From assembly GCA_004431415.1 (NCBI GenBank), contig QPMI01000520.1, positions 62,001-126,000 of the forward strand: DNA of 64,000 nt. Direction: 5' to 3'. The notes below the pieces were generated by a model. That model worked only from the letters and a program-made list of their open reading frames with translations, made no database searches and was not told the origin of the DNA. This DNA is from Cyanophora paradoxa CCMP329. Taxonomy: Eukaryota > Plantae > Glaucophyta. The translations under genes and the position numbers were made by a program. Every line of letters starts with the position of its first letter. The stretch's first letter is position 1. Positions 10,013 through 22,423 of this stretch are shown here, piece after piece.

Positions 10013-13000
10013 CTAGGCGGAGGCGTGGGGCGCCTCGGGGCCGGGCCCGGCGCTGCGCTGGCGGCCCCGGAGGAGGCGCACCGCCTGGCGGAGGGTCGGC
10101 GCGCTCCCCGTCCCCGGCGCGACCCCCCGCGCGCGCGCCCTCTGCAGCGCCGCCGCCGAGGAGGCGAGGCTCACCCCGCTCGCCTGCCGCCCCAGCTCCC
10201 GCTCCGAGGCCAGCCGCGCCAAGAGCGGGCCCCCGGCGGGCCCCGCCCTTGAAGGCCCCCGCTCGGAGGCGACGGGGGCGTACACCGTGATCCGCCGCAG
10301 CCGCACGGGGCCCAGGCCCAGTGGGGGTACCAGGGCGGCGCGAAGGGCGCGTCCGCCGGTCCCGGAGGCAGCTGCCGCGGGGGCGGCCAGGTGGTCTGGC
10401 TTGGAGAGCCCTCGCCGCCGCCCGGCAGGCCCCGGGGGCCCGCCTCGCCGCCGCGCCCCGGGCTCCTCGCCCGTCCGGCGGCTGAGAGCGCGGCCCCTGG
10501 CCGGCGGCGCGGCTCCGCAGGGCTCCTCGTCCCGCCAGCCGCCCCCGGCGAGGCACGGGGCGGGGGCGGAGGGCGGCGGGCCCCCGCGCCTCGCCGCGCC
10601 CTCGTCCTCGCTGGAGGGCCCTTCGGAGGCGAGGCTCGCGGGGCGGGCGGCGGGCGCGGGGCCGGCGCCGCGGCGAGGGCCTCCAGCGCCGCCTCCGCCA
10701 TCGCCTCCTCCACCAGCGCCCGCGCCGCCCCGGCCAGCCCGCCCCGCCCCGCCCCCGCCGTCCCCGGCCTCGACCCTGCTGCCGACGCCGCCGCCGACGT
10801 CGAAGCCGAGGCCCGCGAGTCGGGGCGCGGCTCCGCCGGCGCAGCCGCCACAGGCGCAGGGGCGTCGGGCGGGCAGGGTCCTCCGGGCGGGGCGGGGCGT
10901 GGGGCCGGCCGGGGCGGCGGGGGCGTCGGCGGGCCCCTGCGGCGGAGGCGGCGGAGGCGGGGGCTCTCGAGGGAGGCGCCCCCGGGGGCTCCCCGGGGCC
11001 CGGGGCGGCTCGGGGCGGGAGGTCGGCGGGGCCGACGCGGAGGCGCGGGCGAGGCGGGCGAGCGCGAGGGACTCCTCCCCGCGCCCGCCCGCCCGCGCCG
11101 CGGGAACTCCAGGGCGAGGGGCCGCAGCGCCGGCAACTCGCCCCGCCCGGCCTCCTCCTCCGCGGCGGCCGCGGCGGCCGCGGCGCCCTCCATCACGGCC
11201 GACCCGCCCGAGGTCGAGCGGCGGTGCGCGGGCGGGGCGGCGCGGCCGCCGGCTCCTCGGGGGCCAGAGGGGCCGGGGCGGCGCGGGGCGGCGCGGGGAG
11301 GGGCCGCGGGGGCGCGGGGAGGGCCTCGGGAGGGCGGCGAGGAGGCCCTCGAGGAGGGCGGCCTGGGCGGGGGCGAGGGCGGCGAGGGGCGCCGGGCGTT
11401 GCGCCGGCGGGGCGGCCGGCGGGAGGGAGCCGTGGAGGGCGGCGGCGCGGGGAGGGCTGGCGGGGGCAGGGGCGGGAGCTGCGGAGGGGGCGCGAGGGAC
11501 GCGGCGTCGCGCAGGGCGACCGTGAGGGCGGCGAGGGGCGCCGCGCCGGCCCCCGGGGCGACGGGGCGGCGGTGGGCGGGGCGTCGGGGAGGGCGGCGGC
11601 GCGGAGGGCGGCGAGGCGTTCGGCGGCGACTGCGGCGGGGCCGTCGACGAGGGCGAGCAGGCGGATGGGCACGGCCTCGAGGCCCGGCGGGTCGGCGTAG
11701 AGGCGGGCAGGGGGCGGGGGCGGAGGCGGCGGCGGGGCGGGCGTGTGGCGCTCGGGGTGTGGGAGCGGCGGGAGCGGAAGGATGCGTCCGAGCGGAGGGA
11801 GCGAAACGAGGCGGAGCCCTTCGCCGAGCGCGAGCCGCCCTCCGCCCTGCCCGCCCCGCCCCGCCAACGCCGGTGCTCAGCGCCGCGGTCTCGGCGGGCG
11901 CGGGCGGGCGGGGGCGCACCGCTCGTCGCCGCCGGCGCCGGGGGCGCGCTGGCGGACGGAGAGCTGCCTCGTCACCGCGTCCACCAGCGAGTTCTCCAGC
12001 CGCCTCGCGAACGCCCCGGGCGAGGCCTGCTCCGCCGCCCTCTCCGCCGCCCCTCCGCCTCCGCCCCCGCCCCGCGGCGCCGGCCTCCTGCCGCGGGGCT
12101 CAGGGGCGGGGCGGGGGAGAGGGAGGGGGGCGCGGGGCGGGGCGGACGGCCTCGGAGAGGTCGACCCTGAAGCGCTCGGAGACGCGCTGCACCACCTCCC
12201 GCCGCACCCGCGCCTCGAAGCCCGCCCGCTCCCCGCCCCGCCCCGCCCCGCACCAGCGCCCGCCCCGGCCCCCCCCTCCCTCGGCCGCCGGCGCCGCTGC
12301 CGCCGCCGCGGCCGCTGCGGCGGCGGCGCGCTCGTCGCTGGCGAGGAGGTCGGCGCGGGCGCCGCGGAGGACGCCCTCAATCTCCTGCGGGGCGGCGCGG
12401 CGGCACCGCTCGGAGGGGGCGGGGCCTGGGGGAGGGCGGGTAGAGGAAGGTGGGGGGGCGGACCTGGCGGACGGCGTGGCGGACCTGGGCGGCGAGGTCG
12501 AGGACGGAGCGGTCCGTGCGGATGCCGGCCACCTCCACGCTGAAGCGCACCCGCAGCGCCCGCCGCAGCTCCCGCGCCCGCCCCGCCGTGTCGATCCCCA
12601 GCGCCTCCAGCGTCTCCGTCAGCTCCAGCCCCGACGGGTCCCGCCGCGCCACCCGCCCGACCTCCGCCGCCACGCCCACGACCACCTCCGTCAGCTCCGC
12701 GAGCTGCCCCGAGCTCGACGGGCGCCGCCCGCCCCGCTCGAGCGCCGCCCCCGCCGCCGCCCCGCGAGCGCCCCCGCCGCCGCCCGCCGCCCGCCCCAGC
12801 GTCTCCTGCGAGGGCGGCCCGCTCTTCTCCGAGCCCGAGCCGGCCCCGCGCGACCTGCGCCGCCGCCCCTTCCCTTTCTTCTTCTTCTCCTGCCCGCCCT
12901 CCGCCGCCGCCGCCGGCGGCGGCCCCGCCTGCCCATCCCCCTCGCCTTGCTGCCCCTCGGCGGGGGCAGCGGGGGCCTCGGGGGCCCGCTGTGGGGCATC

Positions 13001-14030
13001 GTCCGTCTCCGCCGCCGCCGTCTCGTCCCCGGCCGGCGTGGTCGGCGTGATGGCCTCCGTCTCGTACCCCGACGACTCGGAGCCCGAGGAGGGCTCCGAC
13101 CGCGGCGGGCTCGCCGGCTTGGGGGCCCGCATCAGCACCTGCGGCCCCCGCTCGGCCCTCGGAGGCGCACCCCCCGCTGGAGGGGCGGCCCGCACCGACG
13201 TGCGCCTGTGGATGAGGTCGCGCAGCCGCACGCGCTCCCGCGGGGCCGGCCCCCGCGCGCTCCCGCCCACCGGCGTGCTCGCCCCGGAGTCGGCGCCGCT
13301 CGCCGCCGCCGGGGCTGGGCGTTGAGGGGCGGCGGCGAGGTGCTCCCGCCGAGCCCGATGAAGACGCGCTCGGGGGCTTGGGCGCCGGCGGCTCCTCCTC
13401 CGGCAGGTCCACGTACACGACCTGCCGGGCGCCCTCGGCCGGCGCCCCCGCCGCCGCCCCGCCAAGGCCGCACCTTCGGCGCCTCGTAGACGAGCGTGTC
13501 GGCGCCTGCGCGCGGGGGCCGGCGTCGGCCCCGGCGGGGGCGGCGGCCTCGGAGGGTGCCGGAATGGGGCGGGGGCACCCACCCTCCGTGAACATGGGGG
13601 CGCGATCCAGCTCCTCCATGTCCTTCATGTAGAGCGCGGAGCTGCGCGCCCATCAGCTCCGCGCCCCTCCCCCCGCGCGAGCGCGCGCGGGCGCTCGCAG
13701 GAGCGCTCGTGTCACTTCGCACCGCAGGGAGGTAGCAAAAGACTTGAGCAGGTTCCGGTCCGTCTCCTCCATCACCTCCTCCCGCACCTGATTTACCAGA
13801 AGGTACCATGGGTCGTCTTTGCTCACGTGGTTTTTGCCGGCCGTGGGGTCGTGCGCCGTGCTAGCTTTCGGGCCGGACGGAGCGCTTAAGCTTAGGCCGC
13901 CATGCTCCAGCTCGCCCAGGGGCCTCAGGAAGCTCTGCGGGCCTGGCTCCGGGGGCCTCAGGAAGCTCTGCGGGCCTACCGGCAGCCTAACCGCTGCTGG
14001 GCCCACGGCCGGCTCGGGCCCGTCGGATGC
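10013..14030 (-). CDS. Long low-complexity Ala/Pro/Ser-rich hypothetical protein (multi-exon, frame path unresolved)
   Basis: Plausible exons MASDGPEP...LLKSFATSLR, MKDMEELDRAPMFTEG and 12377-13582 (with an ACP-like segment); extreme GC makes the structure ambiguous. Confidence 0.3.
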
Positions 14031-14190
14031 CATTAGCTGCAATATCTAGCTTTCTAAAGCTCCTCCATGGCTCGCACGGCTCAGAAAGCATTCCCACCTG
14101 GTGGGCGCGGTATACCCCCCAGCGCCCTTCTTATCGGGCTCGTCGCGTCAACCCGTCGCGTCGCGCTCCCCACTAGAGCAGCTCGCAGCA

Positions 14191-16148
14191 ATGGAGGGTG
14201 CCGAACAGGCTACCGAAGCATCGGCCGGGCCATCAAACACAGAGCTCGCCTCGCAAAGCCCACCGGCAGACGCGATCACAACGCAGGAGGAGTACATTCC
14301 GCTATCTTCGGCGCCCCCTCAGCAGCCGCCCACCCCCGCGGACCAGAATTACGCGCCGGCCGAGTACAACCCGGATGAGCCGACGACTTCGCATGGCGGC
14401 GAGGGCGGTGGCGAAGCGCGTCATTACGAAGATCACAATTGGAGCGATTCGCACCAGCAAGGCGAGGAGCGCGATCAATACTACCGGCACGATGAGCACC
14501 AAGGCGGACAAGGCCATCACGATGGCGAACGGGATCACGCCGAGCAGCACCATCAGTATCCGGAGCACGCGGAACACGACGTGAAGCTGGAGGAGGGGTC
14601 GGGGGAATCGAAGCCTGACGAGGTGCGGCACGAGCCCACTGGGATCGGGCGGGGCCATCGACCCGGGAAGTGTCTAATCACGGGCCTTTCCGCTTGGGTA
14701 TACTTGCTGGGTTCTCTTGGTTCGCGTTTCTCCTCTCCTGGGCACTCCTCTATCTTGCTACCGCTCGTGGTTCCTCAATGCAGAAGTCTAGCCTCTCGAT
14801 GCCACCGAAGACATACAATATCTATGTTGGCGACCTCGCTCCCGATGTCTCGGAAGGTTTGCACAAATACGGCTACGCGACGACTGCGGACCCGCCCGCG
14901 CGTGTTTTCCCCGCCCCCTCCCAAGCCCTCACCGTCCCCGTACTCGCAGACGATCTTAGCTCGACGTTTAAAGCTGCAGGGTCCGGCCTCTTTCCTTTTC
15001 TTGTCTTGCCGCGCCCTTCGCTGACCGCTGTGATCAGGGAGGTTGTCAACACCAGCGTGGCACGGCACCCGAGCGGCGTTTCGAAAGGCTACGGATTCGT
15101 TCACTTCACAACGCGGGAATCACAGGAGAAGGCCCTGCAAGAGCTTTCCAATGTCGTAATCAAGGTGTGCTCCAATTTTCCTTGCGATCGGTTCCCCGCT
15201 CACGCGTCCTTCCTTAGGGCCGTGCCGTGCGCGCTGTTGTAAGCGAGGAGAAGAACACGCTGTGGCTCGGCAACCTCGTGCGCCGATCCCGCCCCGCCCG
15301 CTGAGCCTTTGTCCCGACGCGGGCCGCGTCCCTACCCCAGACGCTGGACACGTCCGAGGATCAGAGTGCGCTCCGGCGGCGTCCCCTTGCACGCTCTGCT
15401 CCGCCGCTCACCCGGGGGCTCGCAGTCACGGAGGCGTTGAAGGCCCTGGGCGTGGAGTCGCTCCTCCACGTGAGCCTGAAGCGCAAGCCCGACGGGAGCT
15501 CGCGCGGTGCGCCCCGCCCGCCCGCCCGCGTGCCCGCTCGTCCTCGGCTGCGGGCTGAGGCGGGGGCAGGCTTCGCGTTCGTGGAGTTTGACAGCCACGC
15601 GACGGCGGACGCGGCGAAGCAGAAGCTGGACCGGCTGACGGTCCAGGGGCGCGCCGTCTCTGTCAACTGGGCCGACGCGCAGCGGGTGCGCGCGCCGCGG
15701 CCCCGGCCCCGCGCGGGGCGGGGTGCGAGGGCCGGCGGCAGGCGGCGGTGGAGGAGGACGTGATGGCCAAGGTCCGCTCCATCTACGTCTCGGGGCTGAG
15801 CCCCAACACGGCCGACGAGGAGCTCCGCGACCTCTTCCTCGCCCACGGCGAGATCGAGAAGGTCCCCCGCCCGCCCCGCCCCCCGCCGCCCGGCGCGCGC
15901 CGACGCGCCGGCGCAGGTGACGCTGCCGCGGCACTTCGGGACGAACACGGCGAAGGGGTACGCGTTCATCGACTTCAAGGAGCGGCAGGCGGCGCTCAAG
16001 GCGATCGAGGCGCTCAACAACTCGAGCTTCCACGGGCAGAAGATCTTCGTCGAGCTCTGCAGGCCCGAGGGCAAGCGGTGCGCCGCCTCCGCTTTCCCTC
16101 CACCCCCCCTACCCACCTCCTCCCCTACCCACCACCTCCCCCCCCCCC

Positions 16149-16179
<31 letters not shown>

Positions 16180-16723
16180 ACACCCATCCCTCTCCTGTCC
16201 AGAGCGCCGGCACGCGTCCCGCCTTACGCCCCGTTGCAGCGGCGTCGCGGGGCCTCCGCGCGGAGCGGTCGACCGCGGGACTCCGAGGAGGGACGACCGG
16301 GCGGGTACGGCCCAGATAGGGGGTACCGGGGACGGGACGACCGGCCGGGGCCGTACGACCGGGACCGCCGGGGTCCGCCGGGGCGGGGCCCGCCGCCCCC
16401 GCGCGGCGGCTACGAGCGCGACCGGGACGACCGGGGCCCGATGCGGGGCGGGCCGGCGGGCCCGATGGCGGGCGGCGGGCGCGTGGGCCCGCTGGGCGGC
16501 ATCGGGGCGATGCTGCTGGCGCAGGCGAAGCAGGCGGGGATCCCGCTGAACACGGCCGTGCAGGCGGCCCTCGCGCCCAACTCGCCCGTGGTCAACCTGC
16601 TGCGCCAGCAGCTCCAGCAGCAGCTCCTCGCCAGCGGCCGCGGCGCCGCCCTCGGGGCCGCCCTCGGCGGCATGGGCGCCGCTGCTTTCCCGCAGGCACA
16701 AGCGCAGGCGCAGGCGCTGGCCT

Positions 16724-16792
<69 letters not shown>

Positions 16793-17806
16793 CGGCGGCG
16801 CAGGCGCAGGCGGCGCAGCAGCAGCAGGTGGCGGCAGTACAGGCGGCGGCGGCGATGCAGGCGGCGCTGCAGCAGCCGTCGATGTCCGCGCAGCCGGCCC
16901 CGCCCGTGCGCCCTTCGAGCCTCCGCCCTCGCACTGTCGGCACTGACCTGCCCACTCTAGGCGAACGCGTACGCGCCGCCGGCGGCGGCGGCGGCGGCGG
17001 GGTATCCGCAGACGACGTCTGCGTACGGGCAGGCGGCCGGCTACGCCCAGCCGGCGGCCGGCTACGCCCAGCCGGCGGCCGGATACGCCCAGCCGGCGGC
17101 AGGCTACGGGCAGGCGGCGACGGGCTACACGCAGGCGCCTGGCTACGGGCAAGCGGCGGGGGGCTACGGGCAGGCGGCGACGTCTGCGTACGGGCAGCCG
17201 GCAGGGGGCCTCTTTCCGGCGTACAGCGCAGCGGCGCCGCCACCTCCGCCTCCTCCCACGGCAGCGCCGGCGGCGGTGGCGTCGACGGCGATAGAGGCGG
17301 CGCGGGCGATGGGCAGCTACGGCAAGAACTCGGCGCCTCCCACCGGCCAGACCGTCTACCAGATGGCATCTGCCGCACAGGCCGGCAAGACGGCCGGTGT
17401 CCCCGCCCCCGCCGCCGCCCCCGCAGCCTCGGCCTACCAATGGGGCCAGGCGGCACAGCAGGCGCAGCAACAGCAGCAGGCCCAGCAACAGCAGCAGCAA
17501 GCGGCGTATGGACAGCAAGCGGCTTACGGACAGCAGCAGGCAGCTTATGGACAGCAGCAGGCGGCTTACGGGCAACAGCAAGCGACGTACGGGCAGCAGG
17601 CGGCGTATGGACAGCAACAGGCGTACGGGCAGCAACAGGCGTACGGGCAGCAACAGGCGTACGGCTACGGGGCGGCAGGGCACGACCCGAACGCGGCGTA
17701 TCAGCAGCAGCAGGCGCAGGCGCAGGCCGCCCAGCAACAGGCGGCCTGGGCAGCCTACGCCCAGCAGCAGCAGCAGGCAGGCATGGGCCGCGGCCGCGGC
17801 TACTGA
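14191..17806 (+). CDS. Three-RRM RNA-binding protein, hnRNP R/Q-like, with RGG, polyQ and QQQAAYG prion-like tail
   Basis: RNP motifs IYVGDL/KGYGFVHF, GFAFVEF, IYVSGL/KGYAFIDF; linker VSVNWAD...EEDVMAKVRSIYV characteristic of hnRNP R/Q. Confidence 0.85.
16726..16791 (+). repeat. (CAG)22 coding polyglutamine tract
   Basis: Direct count of an uninterrupted CAG run. Confidence 0.95.
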
Positions 17807-18285
17807 TCATGAGCCCGTCCCCCTCCCCACCCCCCTCGACCTCGCGTCGAATTTTCCTTTCCTTCCCCCGTCCTCGAGCGCAAAGCATTTAAATACGGCT
17901 GTGGCCAATTTATCGTGGATCATACCCTCAGTTGTGCTTTCCTTTAAATTTTCTAGGAATGCTTTAATTTGGCACCTTTTTTGCCGCCAAGAACTTCGTG
18001 TTTGGCGGGGGGCGGCATTGCGGCAATATAGCCCAGAACTTCGAATTTTGACAACATTGGACAGCCTTGAAAGTCGGAAGGCCGGACTTCATGATCATGA
18101 TCAGCTACCGGTAGCACGACCGTTAATGTTGCTCCGAATTGAATTTCGAAAAACGTCCGACGGTCGGCATATATACATGTAATCGGCCTTGGGGAAAGGA
18201 GAGGCCCTTAGGTCTGTGCCTATCCTGTCTGTAAATTTCAAAATGCGATTCAGGTGAAAATTTTTGGACCTAGGTACCCATTTTA

Positions 18286-19553
18286 ACAAGCGAGTCCCTG
18301 CGGAGCAGCTGCAGGAGTGGCCTTGGGTCTTGGGGTCTCAAGGCGTGAGGGTGGCCGCTCTTTGTTTTAAAACGGGGCCACTCGGCAAGGGTAGGGGGGA
18401 GAAATAGGGGGGTCCACTCGGCAAGGGTACACACTCAAGTGAGAGGGTACAGAATTGTGCTGCAAGGGTACAGATATCGATGCGGGGCCCAATCGGCCGT
18501 CTTCACGTCGACGTTGATCGATCGTCGATCGCGATTCACACGAACAGAGTTTTTTGGTGATTCAATCATTGATGTTGTGATCGGCCAAACGTTCGCCAAA
18601 CGATTGCCAACAATTCTTTTAATTGCGAGCGCCTAATTGATCTGCCAATTACTGCTAACCAATTACTAACAATGACAGGCGCACCAGCTCTGTTTATGAG
18701 TCTGTGAGAATTTGCATTGGCGAAGGGGAGCCAATGACATTTGCGCTTGTCCGTGAATGGGGCGATATCGATTGAGCTTTTTGGCCAATGGTGATCGGGC
18801 TTAACGCGAACAATTTCGTTCATACGTGCTGTTAGTGCTTGTTAGAGGTGTCACATTTGAAAAGTAGCGCCGCCATCGTGCTCCCTAGGCTCCTCTCCTT
18901 TCCCCAAGGCCGATTTCGACCCTAGGGAACACGATGGCCGGACTACTTTTCAGATGTGACACCTCGAGCTCTAACAAGCACTAACAGCACGTACGAACGA
19001 AATTGTTCGCGTTAAGCCCGATCGCCATTGGTCAAAAAGCTCAATCGCCCCATTCACGGACAAGCGCAAATGTCATTGGCTCCCCTTCGCCAATGCAAAT
19101 TCTCACAGACTCATAAACAGAGCCGGCGCGCCTGTAGATGTTGATGTGATTGTTAGTAATTGGTTAGCAGTAATTGGCAGATCAATTAGGCGCTCGCAAT
19201 TAAAAGAATTGTTGGCAATCGTTTGGCGAACGTTTGGCCGATCACAACATCAATGATTGAATCACCAAAAAACTCTGTTCGTGTGAATCGCGATCGACGA
19301 TCGATCAACGACGTGAAGACGGCCGATTGGGCCCCGCATCGATATCTGTACCCTTGCAGCACAATTCTGTACCCTCTCACTTGAGTGTGTACCCTTGCCG
19401 AGTGGACCCCCCTATTTCTCCCCCCCCCACCCCCTCGAGCTCCCCCGTAACCGCGCGCGGTTGCGGGCCCCGTTTTAAAACAAAGAGCGGCCACCCTCAC
19501 GCCTTGAGACCCCAAGACCTAAGGCCATTCCTGCTCCGCAGGGACTCGCTTGT
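18286..19553. mobile_element. Non-autonomous foldback element, ~600-bp imperfect inverted arms, probable TA target duplication
   Basis: 18286-18888 is the reverse complement (with indels) of about 18920-19553; ends ACAAGCGAG...CTCGCTTGT are flanked by TA on both sides; mirror ORFs 18439-18636(+) and 19186-19515(-). Confidence 0.75.
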
Positions 19554-20279
19554 TATAAATACTACGATACCGCAGCTGGGCTCCGTGATCTGCATGCGCA
19601 GCTGGCGCGGGCAAACCGCGCTCGCGATCGGTGGCGCGCGCTCGGGAAGTGGTGCGCGCGTCGAGGGCTTCGGCCTGGGGCGTTCGCGTAAAAAGACTTT
19701 CCTCAGGGTAATTATAAGTTCGCACTCTCCAATGTGATTGGCCAGCGCGCGCGGCGTCCTCCCACGTGACCGTGCTCGCGCCCAGCCTCGCTCTTGCATT
19801 ACGGAATGTCGAGCATAATGCAAGCATTGACCTCGAACTGGTCTGGCCCGTATACCTGCTCCCTGTACATGTACGCCGCTGGACCCGTTTTTGTCCCGGG
19901 TGTTGGTGCCTGTTCCTGGACCACCCTTTGGTCGGACGGGACCGAGAGACATGGTTTCGGGATCCCCTTGAGATGCGCTTTCAGGATCTACCGCGCGGCC
20001 CGGGTTTTGCGGGGATTTGGGCCCCCGGGGGTAGGGTTGGGCCCGAGGGACAGGGACATGTACAGGGGAAGTGTTTTTCCCTTCCCCAATAAGTACATGT
20101 GTACATATGCATGTGCTACGTATTGTGCAAGTCAAGCAGCTGCAGCTATGTATAGCTAGCTCGATCGCGAGCTCTTATAGCGCTGTCAAGAAATCGATCA
20201 CGATCTCGATAGATCTAGATCTAGAGCAAATGCTTCGGAAGTTGATCATGATCATGATCATGAGAAGGAAACGTCATCG

Positions 20280-21330
20280 AAGGCGTGCTGGAGGGCCCAG
20301 TCCGCCTCCCCAGCTGCCGCATCCTCGAAAGACTCCACGATCTGGTGTACATGCGCATGCGTATGCAGGTCGAGAGTGAGCACTCCTGTCACATGTACAT
20401 TGCAATTGCGTGTCGCATGCATTTATGTGCACATCGCACGCGTACGCGCACCTCATCGGAGGCAGCCGTGTCCTCATCAACCGGGTCGCAAGTATCGTCG
20501 AGTTGCTTCGTTCCATTTGGAGCGTATTTCTTGACAGTGAACTGTAAGCTGTAGGGCGGATACGGAGGCAAACTGTGCGACTCTCTAAACGAGGGAGCAA
20601 AAAACCGACAGTCATGTGCTACTACCCCCATATCTTTGGAGTAAGCCCACCAGAGCTGGTTTGGCTGGCCTGCTATTAGACTTGTGATTGGCGTTATAAC
20701 ACTGAAGTTGGTGCCGCCGGCAGTGGCCGGCGTCGACCACAGGTACTCCAAAGAACTCCGAGGAAGAGTTTGCAGCTCCGCCTCACCCGGCCTGTACCTG
20801 CAAGTCAACAAGAGGGCACCGGTACCCTGTGTCAGCGCACAGAATTCGAGCAAGTACAGAAATTTATAATTAAAGCGGCGAATTCGAAGAGCGTGTTTAC
20901 AGACCAAAGAATGCGGGAATCGATGGCGTTCGTCTGTTTGGCCACTGCACCGCGAATTTCCCAATACCCTTCCACGGGCATATATGCTTTGCCCGTGTTG
21001 TCCAGATCCATCTTCGGTATGTCCAGAATCCGTCCTTGGTTCGAAAGTCCGTGGAAGCCCAGGGCCTCAAGCTTTGTGCCCCCGGCGGTGCCGCGGAGGG
21101 AGCTGTACGACCAGAGGAACTTTTGATCGAGATTTGCTGCACGATTGTGATCAGGAAAGTAATGATCGGAGATGCCACGAGCGCACGGCTTGTGGGCTCG
21201 CACGTCGCGCCGCGCAGTGCCCAGCGCCCAGCGGCATCCTTGTTGCTGGAGTCAAAGAAGAGGCAGTCGCCAGTCATGGCCTGAGGCCAGGGGTGGTCAC
21301 GCCATCACTATCATCGATATGGAAAGCAAT
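20280..21330 (-). pseudogene. 3' part of an unknown spliced gene interrupted by the viral insertion
   Basis: Exon-like frames 21277-, 21203- and 20964- are linked by GT-AG introns; the frame from the right flank (QDVRPIA) continues as FHIDDSDG once the element and one TSD copy are removed. Confidence 0.45.
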
Positions 21331-22421
21331 ACACATAGACAATGCCCGCGTTTTATCCCTCGGCTAAGTTTAATTATAATTTGTTTATATTTTACCTATA
21401 TTTCTTGCATATTTTACGATAATTTATGTGTATTTTATCCTTTATTCTTGTCTTTTATGTGCGTATCTCATATAAATTACAAATGTTACCCTTACTGAAA
21501 ATTAATTTACTCGTATCTCTGATGTATTTTACCTCTATCTCTCGTAATCACTTGTATTTGAGGTGGATTTTAAACTTAGATAAATTATATCACGCCTCCT
21601 GATAAAACGCGGGCATTGTCTATGTGTGATATTACGCATTATCGTGTATAATGATATGGAAATAATATTTGTATGCATTATATGTAAAATATGTATTAAT
21701 GATCGTAATAAATATGTATAAAATATGTGTGAAATTCTAACGGAATTCCGTCGAAAAATAATAAAATGTTCTTTTGGATATAATGCGATGATGATATGGA
21801 GCGGATATGGTGCCGCATTAGAACGTAAACAACTACAATGTGCTGTATGGAGCGCGGGACGTGTAATATAATAATGATAACATAGTATTCTTTATGATAA
21901 TTGATATATCTTATGTTATTATAATGGTATTTTCTATATGTAACAGGTGTAACAGGTTTATCCCAAATTGGGCTACTAGGAGGGGGTCATGGATTCCCGA
22001 GTTTGGGGAGAACCTGTTACACCCGTTACAACGTAAACAACTACAATGTGCTGCATGGAACGCGGGATGTATAATACAACAAGGTTAATATATGATACTT
22101 GATGATACTTTATGATTATTTATGACTGATATTATGTTATTTTAATGGGTTCTTACTGATAATGGTTAGTGTAACAGGTGTAACGGGTTCATCCCAAACT
22201 TTCCCCTAGGAGGAGGTCGGCGGCTTGGAACTTTGGGGAGAACCTGTTACACCTGTTACACTACACTGAATCACAATTAATTAACCTGTTACATCTTCTT
22301 TTACCACTTATTACCGTGTCGGAAATCTCGATACTTTATGTCTCTCCGTATGCGGAGATCCACCAAAGATACCTATTATCCTCTCTTCTATTAACGATGA
22401 TATATTACATGTCTTTCGCTC
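21331..22421 (+). repeat. Left terminal inverted repeat (1091 bp)
   Basis: Reverse complement of 48752-49842; one mismatch noticed (21938 vs 49235). Confidence 0.96.
21939..22263. repeat. Two ~92-97-bp imperfect palindromes with TGTAAC/GTTACA iterons (21939-22030, 22167-22263)
   Basis: Arms TGTAACAGGTGTAAC(A/G)GGTT / AACCTGTTACACC(C/T)GTTACA; each is preceded by a ~47-bp direct repeat (21822, 22030). Confidence 0.9.
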
Positions 22422-22423
22422 GT

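Noticed and set aside
10171-13628. Very long overlapping ORFs (up to 1032 aa) in several frames
   Set aside because: Arg/Gly/Pro/Ala-rich shadow ORFs expected in extremely GC-rich DNA; no domain signal.
21894-22088. 64-aa ORF MIIDISY... present three times (also 49085 and 51828), and the ...HRQCPRFIP... ORFs
   Set aside because: They are translations of TIR palindromes and repeats; recurrence reflects the repeat, not coding conservation.
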